From the human T2T-CHM13v2.0 reference genome, Homo sapiens, in the NCBI RefSeq assembly GCF_009914755.1, contig NC_060931.1: a DNA stretch of 64,000 bases. One strand, written 5' to 3'. A model generated the notes under the pieces. That model was not told the origin of the DNA. It did no database searches and saw only the letters and a program-made list of their open reading frames with translations. Position 1 is the first letter of the stretch; every line of letters begins with the position of its first letter. Shown in pieces: positions 1 to 30,209 of this stretch. A program made the translations under genes and the position numbers.

Positions 1-93
1 GAGTCTCATGCTGTCACCCAGGCTGGGTGACATAGTACCTAGAAGAGGAGATGACATATTGATGGAATTTAATAAATGGGCTTATTGAATGAG

Positions 94-129
<36 letters not shown>

Positions 130-226
130 GCTAGAGGACACAAAGACAGCCAGAGAAATTCCAAATAACACACACTGGCTGGATGAAATTGCTTCAGTGA
201 TAGATATTTAAACAATTTTTATTTTT

Positions 227-541
<315 letters not shown>

Positions 542-555
542 TTAATACACATACG

Positions 556-558
<3 letters not shown>

Positions 559-592
<34 letters not shown>

Positions 593-714
593 GTGCTCTG
601 ATGCACTGGAGCTTCCACTGGTCTTACTTAATGTGTGTGATACTCTCATTATTTATGTATCTATATATATCTATATCTATATTTATATATATATAGAGAG
701 AGAGAGATAGAGAG
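559..714. repeat. Compound microsatellites (CA)n, then (TA)n/(GA)n
   Basis: (AC)n run at 559-589; TA/GA dinucleotide run at ~655-714 forming the tail of an antisense Alu left arm. Confidence 0.9.
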
Positions 715-1337
715 ATGGGATCTTGCTGTGTTGCCCAGACTGTCTCAAGCTCCTGGCCTTGGGCAATCTTCCCACCTTGGCCTCCCAAAATGCTGGTATT
801 ACAGTATTTAATTTTTAGGTGTTTTTTGTTTTTTCGGGGGCTGCATTTTTGGAGATAGGGTCTTGCTATGTTGCCCCGGGTGGAATGTAGTGGCTGTTCA
901 CCAGTGCCATCATAGCTCACTGCATCCTTAAACTCCTGGCTCAAGCAGTCTTCTCCCCTCAGCCTCCTGAATAGCTGGGACTACAGGCATGTGCCACCAC
1001 ACCTGGCTATCCTACGCAATATGAGACCAGGAAGTTGTCATCTGTGTGGAGAGGAATAAGTGTAATCCCACATAGGGGGGTAGTCTAAAACAACATGGAG
1101 AGTACCTTTAGACCTGGATTTCGGGGCTCAGCCTTGCCATGGGAAGGAGGCATGGTGTGTAGCAGTGGTTACCAGACTTCTTTCAGTAGTTTAAAGCAAT
1201 AAAAAAAAGATGAAAGACTGATATAGTGTTGTTCTCCTTTAATTTTGCCAAGGAAAGTCTTTTTTAAAAAACCTCTGTTGTTCCTGTCACTTAACACTAA
1301 AACGTGGAAAAACACAATGTCAACAACAGGAAAATAG

Positions 1338-2215
<878 letters not shown>

Positions 2216-3699
2216 TTATAGCTGCTGCACAGGCTTGTCAAAGAGGATTATATAAAGAGCCTTGGTGTGACCCCTAGCCATGTCCTTTTCAGAGTACGTG
2301 GCTGGAACTCTTAGCTCCTTCAGTCTGACATTGGAGATGACTAGAGACCTTGAACCAAGTGCCCAGGAGGCAGAAACTCTCCAACCACTACATCTCTGTG
2401 CTGGCCTCCAAGAAGGATTGCCCACATTGTGGGAAAGATCATTTTTATTCTCAGAAAGGAGCCCCTGGTCAGATAACTTGCTTGGAAGCATCTGGGTTTC
2501 CCCAGTGGGCTATCAGCTGCCTCCAATGCTGAGAAAACAAAGTGTCACATCGCTCTGCAGAACTATAAAAAGATGTTTGTTTGCGGGCTGTTTGGGGAAG
2601 GAAAGTGCCGGCCCCAGCTAGCAGCTCCCACAGCACCCTTAGCTGGGCCTTGCCCCAGGGTTTTGTTTTTCAGAGCTCACCAAGGTGTGCTGAAGATCTA
2701 GAAGGGATTTTGGGGAGGGGCTCTGGGTTTGACTTGAGGTGGATGTGCCCATGCTCAGGTGGCCACAGCTAGAGAGTGACAGCGCCAGGCAAGGGCATGG
2801 CAGAAAGCAGGAGATGGCGACATTCTTACTTTGGCTGATGAGCTCCTGTGACCTATGATTCATCAGCAGCAGATGAAGTTGTTGAATGACTCAGATAAAA
2901 TAGGTGGTTCAGGGCATTTCGTAGGGTGCATTTCTTACTATACAGCTTATGTATCCCTAGCATCCACCGTGAAGGCTGCTTGGGCCTCAATCTGGGGTCG
3001 TTCCCCATTGTCATTAGCTTGCTGCACTCTGGTCTAAATGCTTCTGCTGAAGCTGGACCATCGTGGATGTGGGTGTAGAGTCAGTCATGGCTGGATCTGA
3101 GCCTCTGGCAGCGGTGGCTACTTGAGCAAGCATGTTCCTGAACCTGTCTGGGCCCCACTTGAGCCTCATTTATGACATAGAGATAAGATAGCACACACCC
3201 CCAATGTCATTGAGAGGATTACATGGGATAACCCATGAATAGTGGCTGGCATGGAGTAATACTTAGCGAGTGTTAGCTGGTGTTGTATTAGGTCATAGAC
3301 TAAGCTGTTATTGAGGTAGCAGCATTATCTTGGGGTTTACTCACTGTCTTCCGCACGTACGGGTGATGTATCTGATTACTCTGAGCACTAAATAATCTAA
3401 AAAGCTGGTGGCTTGCACCTATGGTCCCAGTTATTCGGGAGGCTGAGGCAAGAGGACACTTGAGCCCAGGAGTTAGAGGCTGCAGTGAGCTATGATTGCA
3501 CCACTGCCCTCCAGCCTGGGTGACAGAACGAGATCCTATCTCTTAAAAAAGAAGAAAAAAAATCTGAAAAGTGAATTAGAAGGACTGAATTTTTATTTTA
3601 AGAAAATGCAATATGTGATTTTATTCAGCCCTGGAACGAGTTCGTTCAGATATTATGGTTAGGCATTTTACCTGCTCTGCATAGCTACAGAATAATACT

Positions 3700-4610
3700 A
3701 GTGGCAAGGATGGGGAACACCTAGAACTCTTCTGCATTGCTGTTGGGAATGTAAAATGCTGCAACCACTTTGTTAACCACGCGCTTACCCTATGACTGAA
3801 CTATTCTACGCCTAGTACTTACTCGGAAGAAATTTGTGCTTGTGTCCACTAAAGGCTTTTTTTTTTTTTTTGTGATGGAGTCTCACACTGTCACCCAGAC
3901 TGGAGTGTAGTGGTATGATCTCAGCTCACTGCAACTTCCACTTCCCAGGTTGAAGCAGTTCCCCTGCCTCAGCCTCCTGAGTAGATGGGATTACAGGCAC
4001 CCACCACCACACCTGGCTGATTTTTTTTTTAAGTAGAGATGGAGTTTCACCGTTTTGGCTAGGCTGGTCTTGAACTCCTGAGCTCAGGTGATCCACCCAC
4101 TTCGGCCTCCGAAAGAGCTGGGATCACAGGTGTGAGCCACTGCGCCCGTCCTAAAGGTCTTACATAGGAATGTTCATCCCAGCTTTACTCATAATAGCCC
4201 AAAACTGGAAACAACCCGAATGTCCATCAACAAGACAACAGGTATTCATGCAAGGGTATACTTACATAATAAATAATAATAAATAATAAAAACAAACTAC
4301 TGGTACACACAATATGGTGGATAAATTTCAAAAACATGTTGAAGGAAAGAAGCCAAGTACAAAAGAGAACATACTATATAATTCTATTTATATAAATTTC
4401 AAGAAAAGGCAAAACTCATCTTTACTGATCTAGGAGAAGTTAGAGTGGTTGCTTCCGTAGGGATTAACTGGGAAGTGACATGAGGAACCTTAAGGAATGG
4501 AAAAGTTTCATCTTGATCTAGGTGGTGGTTGGACGGGAATATTCATACTTATAAAAATTGAACTGTACAGTTAATATGTGTATATTTGTTGACTATTTCA
4601 CCTCAATTAT
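3700..4610 (+). mobile_element. Old L1M 3'-end fragment interrupted by an antisense AluS (3857-4151)
   Basis: L1 3' motifs such as GCTGTTGGGAATGTAAAATG, ATAATAGCCCAAAACTGGAAACAACCCGAATGTCCATCAAC, GAAAGAAGCCA. Confidence 0.8.
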
Positions 4611-4719
4611 AAAACTATATATATATATATATAAAGGGCTAGATGTCATATTTTTCCATTACACTTACATATACCTAATATTATACCTAATAATAGTAAT
4701 TATAGTTGCCTACTGATAA

Positions 4720-5092
<373 letters not shown>

Positions 5093-5134
5093 TCAAAAAA
5101 AAGAAACAAACAAAAAAAACCCCAAAAAACTCCC

Positions 5135-7000
<1,866 letters not shown>

Positions 7001-7144
7001 AAAGGTAGGAGGATAACTTGAGGCCATAAGTTTGAGACCAGCTTAGACAACAAAGTGAGACCCCTATCTCTATAAAAAATAAGAAATCAGAAACAAGACA
7101 AGTACCAACCTGATGGTACTTTTCTCTGTTTATAGAAATCTACA

Positions 7145-7739
<595 letters not shown>

Positions 7740-7947
7740 CTACAAAGGAAAATCCATGCTACTAAGCAAGTTCATAAAATTTAGTCTCAACATCTAATAG
7801 CCCACAGAAAAAGGTATGGCCCTTGCATTCTCCATCTACCCATGAGATGCCTTCTTCCTCAAGGCAATTCTCTTTCCCCTGCCCCTCCCATCCTGCTGGT
7901 ATTTTTAGACCAAAATATTTGGGGAGAAGAGAAAAGGTAATCCAGTA

Positions 7948-8419
<472 letters not shown>

Positions 8420-8820
8420 CAGGGAAACTCAGACATTGTAATAACTGCTGGCAAGCATGGACAAAGGAAATTCATAAACACACCTAGATTAACAGTCATT
8501 TTAATACTGAGGTAGTCAGTGTTTTCACAGAATTACAGGTAAAGATGGTAACCACGTTTTCATTCCTGAGTTAAACAAGAAAGTACTCACGTGGCATGAT
8601 AAAGAATCCCTCCTCTAAACCAATAACCAACATCAAAATTAGCAGTGGAATCATAAAGTCATGTGTGATAGATGTTTCCATTAATGTCCCAGTAAGTCAG
8701 ACTTTCCAGCATCCGTGCTCTTGCTAGTTCCCTCCCATATTGACGTTGGTTTGGCTTTTGCTTTGCCTTTTGACCTCTTCTACATCCCCTCATTCACTCT
8801 GCTACTGCTAAACAGGTTAG

Positions 8821-9220
<400 letters not shown>

Positions 9221-9283
9221 TGATCAGCCCGCCTCGGCCTCCCAAAGTGCTGGGATTACAGGTGTGAGCCACCGCACCCAGCC

Positions 9284-9820
9284 AGTCCTCTTTGTCTTAA
9301 CCTTCACAAGGAAACTTTGAAATGATACCCACTTTTTGTTACTGCTTTCCTCAGGCCTTTTCTGTCTTTAAAACCAACCTCTTCTGCTCAGCTTATTGAA
9401 CGCTCATTGTGGGGCCAGGGGCCTAAACTCATGCCTGTAATCCCAGCACTTTGGGAGGCCAGGGTTGGCAGATTGCTTGAGTCCAGGACTTCGAGACCAG
9501 CCAGGGCGACATGGCAAAACCTTGTCTCTACAAAAAAAACTAGCTCTACCCCAAAAACTAGCTGAGTGTGGTGGCACACACCTACCATCCCAGCTACTGG
9601 GGAGGCTGAGGCAAAAGGATCACTTTAGCCAGGGAGTTGGAGGCAGGAGTGTGCTGAGATTGCAATACTGTGCTCCAGCCTGGGCAACAGTGAGACCATA
9701 TCTCAAAAAAAGAGGAAACACTCATTCTGTTTCACAGAATGGTTTAGAGAATGGTGTGTTGCCTGATTCTATGATCACAAGTCAGTTAAGATCTTTAAAG
9801 TAAATATTATTGTCTTTTGG
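9284..9820 (+). mobile_element. MER34/MER39-family ERV1 LTR fragment split by an AluJ (~9412-9712)
   Basis: AAAACCAACCTCTTCTGCTCAGCTTATTG ... GTGTTGCCTGATTCTA ... AAGATCTTTAAA, typical of the MER34-group LTR 3' half; CTCATT on both sides of the Alu. Confidence 0.6.
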
Positions 9821-10143
9821 TAATAGCAATTATCACCATGTAATGTACTACTTTAAATTTATTGTTTATTGGCTCCTCCACCTCCTCAGCACAGGTACTT
9901 TGTGTTTGTTTTCTCATTTTTTTTTTTTGAGACAGAGTTTCGCTCTTGTTGCCCAAGCTGGAGTGCAATGTCGTGATCTCGGCTCACTGCAACCTGTTTC
10001 CTGGGTTCAAGTGATTCTCCTGCCTCAACCTCCCACGTAGCTGGGATTACAGGCATGTGCCACCACGCCCAGCTAATTTTGTATTTTTAGTAGAGACAGG
10101 GTTTCTCTCTGTTGGTTCTGCTGGTCTCTAACTACTGACCTCA

Positions 10144-10242
<99 letters not shown>

Positions 10243-10328
10243 CTAGCACACATTAGGCACCTAGGAAGAATTTGAGAAACGAATCAATTAATCTCCACTT
10301 TACCAATAATGAGCAAGAACAGAAATTA

Positions 10329-10834
<506 letters not shown>

Positions 10835-11399
10835 CTATCTAAGAGCCACAGCATTGTATTTTCTTTTCTTTCTTTCTGTGACTGCACCTTTCACCATAGA
10901 TGGCATCCAGGACTCAGAGCAATCAGCATGTAGCTACTGTTTTTAATATTCCTTACATGGGAATCACATAAAGAAAGTAAACAGTATCCAATTTGTGACT
11001 CAACCATTCATACTTTGTGACACTGGTTAATTATTTCACTTCTGGGTCTCAGTTACGCTTTTTTTTTTTTTTTTTCTTTTTGAGACAGGGTCTCGCTCTG
11101 CTCTGTCACCCGGGCTGGAGTTCAGTGGAGGGATCTCTGCACCCTCAACTTCCTGGGCTATCAAGCGATCCTCCCACCTCAGCCTCCCCAGTAGTTGGGA
11201 CCACAGGTGCCCGCCATCATGCCCGGCTGATTTGTAAAATTTCTTTTGTAGAGATGGGGCTCTCCCTCTGTGGCCCAGGGTGGTCTCGAACTCCTGGCCT
11301 CAAGCGATCCTCCTGCCTGGGCCTCCTAAAGATTCAGCTGCTTTTGGATCAAACGATTGGCTTAAGACCCTTTAACTCGAACACCTGTCACATCCTAGG

Positions 11400-12680
11400 A
11401 TCCGCGAAGGACTGAAACAGAGTTTCTGAAGCGTCCCTCGGCGCAGTGGCTCCGCTCCACCTCCCATTCGCGCTTCCACCGTGGCCTCGGCTCCAGGAGT
11501 CGCCGCGGTGCCGGCGTCGCCCTCCCGCTGCTGCGCATCGGGAGCCGGAAGTAGGGACTGAGCCACAGACTAGGAAACGTTGGTTTCTCCGGGGCTCCCC
11601 AGCGCCCCAGCTTTAGCGCGGAGGCTACCCTCTTCTATTTGCTCTTGGGCGTCAGAGCGGCACCCTACTCTGTGTAAGCCTTTGGATCCCGCTCGCACTT
11701 CCTCCCGTCATCAGCCAAAGGCCCCGGAAGTGACGTTTGCGCGCCGTGCGTTACGGGCGTGCGCTGGCGGTGCCGGGGGGGCGGGGCAAGCAGGGGGTGT
11801 GTGTGAGGCTGGAGCGGACTGGGGAGCCCAGACCTGCCGAGCGACGTGGGCGAGCGGTGACCTGGACCACGGCGCAGACGCGGGCGAGCTGCGGCTCGGA
11901 CGCCAGCGGACACGCGGGCGAGGTACGGAGTGGACGGACTGGGGCTAAGAGCTGCGCGGCGGGGCATCTTGGGCCGGGGGTGGCGGGGCTGTTGGTCCGT
12001 GACGTCCGCGCGGCCGGGACAGTTGCGCGTCGGTGCCTCCCGCTGTCCTTCTTCCCATATTCTGGCCCCGTCAGCGCCGCCTGCCCCGTTTCAGGCCGCC
12101 CTCGGTTCCCTTAATCCTCACAGTGCGCGGCCTCTCCGTCCAACGTGCTCGTTGCCGGCATCTCCAGCGCCCGGCCGTGCCCCGACGGCCTGACCTGGAT
12201 CACTTCCTGGCCGCCTCCCTGTCCGGCGGCTCCCCTCGGTCCGGCTCCCACTTCCCCGTCCAGGATGCTGGCTCCGAAGCAACATCTGTGGTCGCGCGGG
12301 ACCCATCCCAGGACCTCCCCGGAACGCGCCGGGATGGGACGCTCGGACCCAGACCACAGCCCCCGGCCGCGGCAGGGGCGCCGGGATTTGATCCCGCGTC
12401 GCCCTGGGGGGACAGAAGCGTCCCGGAGTTGGGAGGGGATTTGAAGCCTATGGTCCTGACTTCCACCCCGTGGCTGAGGGCGAGGCTGCGGGGCCGGGGT
12501 TAGGAGCAGAAGTCCCTATTTCCGAACCGTCTGGGAGGAGAGCCGGGGGATGCCCATCACGGCAGTTTAGGGAGAGAGAGGGAAGGACTCTGCCGCTTTG
12601 GAGGCTAGGTCATAGGCAGCTGGCGGTGTCTCAGCGCGAGTGACCAATCCTTGTGGTTGGGAAATGTGTCGTGGGCGTCC
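11400..12680. promoter_or_regulatory. CpG island promoter
   Basis: Repeat-free, very GC- and CpG-rich 1.3 kb; ETS sites CCGGAAGT at 11545-11552 and 11724-11731; GC box GGGGCGGGGC at 11778-11787; no TATA box. Confidence 0.92.
11724..11736 (+). promoter_or_regulatory. Overlapping ETS/CRE composite element (GABPA/ELK + CREB/ATF)
   Basis: Exact CCGGAAGTGACGT. Confidence 0.8.
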
Positions 12681-13394
12681 GTGGGCTCGTTTTGCCTTTG
12701 AGATTAAATAGGAAATTTTCCCAGGACGAGTTTACCGGAGCACCTTGGGAGTTGGTTTTTGGCTTGGAGAGCTACTTTCCCCTCTCTAAATCTAAAACTG
12801 CTTTGTTTTTCCTTATTATTTTTTTCGAGATGGGATCTCACAATGTTACCCAGGCAGGTGTCAAACTCCTGGCCTTAAGCGATCCTCCCGCCTCGGCCTC
12901 CCAGAGTGCTGGGATTAGAGACGTGAGCCATTGCGCGGCTTTAACTGCTGTTAGTCTGTTCCTTAAAATTGTTGTACCAGGAAACTTGCCAGAGATGCAA
13001 GAAGATGTGATTATATTGTTAACATTTAATGATAAATAACATTTTGCTTTTAAGAGTTACTGATTCATATCCTCAAGATTAAGAAATGTTCAGGATATGA
13101 ATATTTAATGACCTTTCCAATCAGTCAGTTTCTGCTCTCTAGAAGTTAGCCAGTTGAGGAGAAGGGACAGTCAAGATACTTTCAAAACAGTGTGGTAAGG
13201 AGTGTGAGCTAAGATGGAGCACCGAGGAAGGAGCCGGGCATTTAGGCCATGCTGTTGGGTGTGGAGCCTGGAAGGGATCGGGGAATACTTTCTGCATGTG
13301 TCTTGAAGAATGAGTAACATTCAGACTAACAGGGTGGAGTGAGGGAGAGGGGGGAACCAAAGGAGGGGAGGCCAGTAACTACAAGGAGGTGCTT

Positions 13395-15193
<1,799 letters not shown>

Positions 15194-15335
15194 TCATTTC
15201 CTGGTTGTTTCTTTCTGTAAGGATGTCTGACCCAGCTAATTTGTAAACAGGAATTCTGCACTCATTTCTGTTTTTGCATTCTCAACCCCAGTTGGGCACA
15301 CAAGTGTTTAATGAGTATTTAACTGATTTGATAAG

Positions 15336-15341
15336 AATAAA
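15336..15341 (+). terminator. Canonical polyadenylation signal
   Basis: AATAAA followed by TTTCTTTGATTTTTGTTGCTGGTTTT. Confidence 0.55.
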
Positions 15342-15662
15342 TTCATTGATTTCTTTGATTTTTGTTGCTGGTTTTCAGTGAACAAAATGTTACCAGTACT
15401 TACTCATTGTGATGTCTACATATACAACTAAGATTCTGTTTACCTATGTCAGTCTCTGGCTAGAGACATAGAATTTCAGTCTTGACTGTGTGAGTTTAAT
15501 TTCTGGCACGTGGGGTTTTATTGGCTGCAGAGCAAACATCTCTAGCAGAGATGACCTATCCCTCAAATGTAGGAAATACCTGTGTAAACCTAACACCTGT
15601 GACTCAGAATAGAAATGGTACCAAGTGGCTTCTTAGCCCATCAGTGAAGTTACCGCATTATA

Positions 15663-17088
<1,426 letters not shown>

Positions 17089-17269
17089 CCTTATCTTGGA
17101 TTTCCAGACTCCATAACCAAGAGAAGTAAATTTCTGTTGTTTAAGCCAAAAAAAAAAAAAAGAAAGAAAAAAGAAAAGAAGAAGAAGAATATAGGCTATG
17201 AGTGGTGGCATGTTCCTGCAGTCCAAGCTACTCAGGCAGTTGAGGTGGGAGGATCTCTTGAGCCCAGGA

Positions 17270-20877
<3,608 letters not shown>

Positions 20878-21176
20878 TTAAAGAGTTAGTTGTACACCTC
20901 CCATACCGTACATAATTCTATATATTCCTAGGCATTTACTCAAGAGAAATTAAAAATATACATCTACACAAAGACTTGAACACAAGTATTCAAAGCAGCT
21001 TTATTCCTAAAAGTACAAAACTGTACACAGCCCAGATGTCTGTACCCAGAAGAGTGGAAAATAAATGATGGTATATCCATATAGTGGGATAGTACTCAGA
21101 ACAAAATATATGTAGAATCATGAATGAGTGTCAAAAAATATGCTGAGTGAAAAAAATTGGACCCAAAAAACATATA

Positions 21177-21432
21177 CACATGGTCTGTGACTTACAATGG
21201 TTTGACTTGGGATTTTTTCAACTTTATGATAGAACAAAAGCAATATGCATTCAGTAGAAACTGTACTTCAAGTACCCATAAAACCCTCCTGTTTTTCAAT
21301 TTCAGTAGCGTATCCAATAAATTACATGAGAAATTCAACATTTTATTACAAAATAGGGTTTGTGTTCAATAATTTTGCCAAACTGAAGACTAATGTAAGT
21401 GTTCTGAGCATGTTTAAGACAGGCTAAGCTAA
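21177..21432 (-). mobile_element. MER47A (TcMar-Tigger) remnant, truncated by an AluJ
   Basis: GCATTCAGTAGAAACTGTACTTCAAGTACCCATA ... TAATGTAAGTGTTCTGAGCATGTTTAAG matches MER47A antisense. Confidence 0.75.
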
Positions 21433-21779
21433 GGCTTGGCACCGTGGCTCACACCTGTAATCCCAACACTTTGGGAGACTGAGGCGGGAGGATCACTTGA
21501 GCCCAGGAGATCAAGACCAGCCTGAGCAATGTAGCAAGATCCCATTTCTACAAAATTAAAAAAAAAAATTAGTAAAGTGTGCTGGCATGCATCTGTAGTC
21601 CCAGCTACTGTGGAGGCTGAGGTGAGAGGATCACTTGAGGCCAGGAGGTTGAGACTGCAGTGAGCCATGATGGTGCCACTGCACTCCAGCTTGGGCGACA
21701 AAGCAAGACCCTGTTTTCTTAAAAAACAAACAAACAAATAAATAAATAAATAAAAGTGTATAAATTTGTTTCATTTCTG

Positions 21780-21896
21780 CAGTTGCACTAGTTACATTTC
21801 TAGCACTCGGTAGCTCTACCGGCTGCCATACTGAACAATCTGCATTGGCAGATTAAGAAGTTTCATCATCACAGAAAGTTCAACTGGGCAGTGCTG
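21780..21896. mobile_element. MER3 (hAT-Charlie) fragment
   Basis: CACTAGTTACATTT ... CATCATCACAGAAAGTTCAACTGGGCAGTGCTG. Confidence 0.6.
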
Positions 21897-22964
21897 TTTC
21901 GGAAGGTCCCTTGGGCACTGGGCCTCTGCTGCTCATTAGCGGACCCTTTCTTTGTTGGCTTTTTTTCCTTTCCCTGCCTCCCTCTCTTACCCATGCTTCC
22001 TGGCATCTCCTCCCATGTAAAAGTTCTGCACCTACAGCATTGTCTTAAGGTAAGAAGAACCTCAGCGAGTGCATTGAGTGATATTGGTGTGAGGTGGGGG
22101 CAGCTGGGGTGGCTCCAAGGCACAGTGGCCCTGCCAGCTGTTCCCACCCAAAACCATCACCATGAAGGAGCTGAGGGACTGTGTTCCTGCCGTCACCTCT
22201 CCAAAAGTGACAGGTAAAGGGATGGGCAGAGATTGCACAGGAAGGTCAACAATCCTGAGATCTGGGGCCGAGCAGTCCAGCCCCTCCAGTTCTAAGTGGT
22301 GGGACTGGGGAGTCAGAGGCCCTGGTCATCCCTTCCCCACCCGCCTCCCACCTAAAGCTCCCACCCACCCCTCTCTGCAGCCAAGCACTGATGTCCTACA
22401 TCCCCCTGAGCCTAGGATGGGAACTCCCTCCTAAGGAACCTCCACATTCCCAAGGAGGACATGGAGACTCCAAAAAAGGAAGTGATTCCACAGAGTCCAC
22501 ACAGCTGCTGAGAAGTCAGCTGGCTCCTGGCACCTACATCCTGGCTGGACCCTACCCCCCAGGCTTGAGGGCTGAGGCAAGGATCATGGGAGTTTCAGGT
22601 AATACCAGGCTCAAGGCCCCCCATGCCGGAAGGGGCTGGCACCTCCCTGCTGGGGATCTTTTCTAGAGCCCCAGGCCCTCCTAGCGGGGGAAAAAAGCAG
22701 TGAGCCGGCTGGTCCCGTGGCCTTCACTCAGCTGAAAGGCACGTCGTTCTAGAAGCCCTGAGCGGGCTTCTTCATGGACAGAGCATTTGGCACAGTGACA
22801 GGGTGTAAGGGGGAGATTCGGGGACAGGGTATTTGGAACATCTCACCCTTCACCCTCACATTCCCTCCCTCCCTTGAGTGTCCAGAGCCGGGCTGAATGG
22901 GTGGCAATTGGAGACTTCACAGTCATGTATGTTTCCACCCCCCAGGGCACCATCAAAAGTAAAT

Positions 22965-28105
<5,141 letters not shown>

Positions 28106-29066
28106 TGGGCCCAGAGGAATCCGTTATTTCTAGGTCAGGCGCAAACAGTTCCTTGGTTTGGAGCAGGAGCCCGGGTCTGGACGATGGGTGAGGGGAGGTG
28201 ATTTTGGAGCAGGGTCTCTGGGCAGGGAGGGGCCAGGTTTGCTCAGGGCAGAGGCAGCAGTTTAGCCTCTGCTGGTGGCAGCTCTCCCCACTCCCTGCAA
28301 GGCTGCGGTGATCCCCTGTGAAAATGCATTGTCCCCCTCCTCCAGGGCTCCAAGGTGCTGTCCCCAAGCAGTCATCACCCCAGACCTGGGTCTCTGAGTC
28401 TCAGTGTGGGTGGGTCTGACTCTGCCACCCAGGGCTCCAGCTTTGTGTCAGACCCACGGGAGTTTCACTCCTGACTCCACCCTGGTACTCCTCCACCTTT
28501 CTAACCTCGGTTTTCCTCATCTGGAAAATGGGGACAGGGACACCTACAGCAGGGGGTTCCATGGTGTGCTCTTTCCCCTTGGCTGGTCACAAGTAACTCC
28601 GGTGACTGCAGGGCCAAGGTGCAGGAAGCAACAAAGCTGAGTCCAGCCCGTCCTTCAGTCCCACATGCAGCGCTGGGACCTCTGGGAAGTCACTGAGACA
28701 AAGCCGCATGGAGGAGCGGGGAGATATCTGGCTGGCCTTGGGAGGGTTGGCCTTGGTAACCTGTGGGGAGGCGAATTCCAGGCCCCTCTGGGTTTCCTCG
28801 TGGGTCCATTCTCTCCCCCGAGCTCTGGCTTGAGCACCTGGCTAGAGCCCCTCTCCAGGGAGAGCTAGGGACCCATGTCCAGCCCAGGAGGAATGGGGGG
28901 CACGGGGCATACATTCTTCTTTTTCTGCCTCATTCTCTGTTCCCCTAGACCGGGAGACAAAGGACTGGATTTGAATCCTGTCTTTGCCTTTCACCAGATA
29001 TAAGGCATTGGGCAAGGTATTGAATCTCTCCAAGCCTCAGTTTTCTCATCTGTAAAATGGGAGTGG

Positions 29067-29525
<459 letters not shown>

Positions 29526-30145
29526 AAATGGGAATGATAGCAAACCCAGGGCCATTGGAGAATGACATGGGCTAAGGCAGGAAAGAGCCTGTCCCTGTCA
29601 GATGGGAACAGCAAATGTGGGCACAGTTATCTTCATCCTCTCCGGGCTCCTCTGAGGAGCACCCAGAGACCCCAACTCAGGGGAGGCAGTGCAAACCAGG
29701 GACCCCCAAGTTCCTGGCCCAGAGCCCCTGCTGGAGAGGGACAAGAGTCCTCAGCCCTGAGCATCACTGAGGCTTGGGTGAAGGGAGGGACGGAGGCCCA
29801 GCCAGACCCTGCACATTCCAGCCCTGGTTCATTCTGGATCCAAGCACTGAGATCTCTCCCTACCAGGGCACCCAGCCAAGCCCCACTGCGATGGGGCCAG
29901 ATCCAGAGGACAGCCCTACTGGGCCGGAGCTTGCTCTCTGCTCAGTCCTTAAAAGTCCATCGGCCTGAGCTCCTCTTCCGCCTTGAAGGGGTCCTGCCTG
30001 TGTAGGGTTGCGTTCCTGACATGCCATGGATGAGGGAGTGACTAGAGGTCTCCCCGGAAAGTGTTTGACTCCAGGTCAGATCCTGGGAAAAGGCCACAGC
30101 CCCAGGACCTGGAGCCAAGGGACTGAGGGCCAAGCGGGCCCCGGA

Positions 30146-30209
30146 GGGGGAGGAGGGTAGTTGGGGGGAGGGGGAGGTAGGGGAGGGGAAAGGGGAGTTG
30201 GGGGAGGGG
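30146..30209 (+). other. G-quadruplex-forming tract
   Basis: Many G3-G6 runs with short loops within 64 bp. Confidence 0.75.

Noticed and set aside
11372-12503. Overlapping ORFs across the CpG island
   Set aside because: Stop-codon depletion from high GC; open on both strands; no homology recognised.
15222-15420. C/D-box snoRNA (CTGA and TGTGAT-like words)
   Set aside because: Boxes are in the wrong order and spacing, with no terminal stem.
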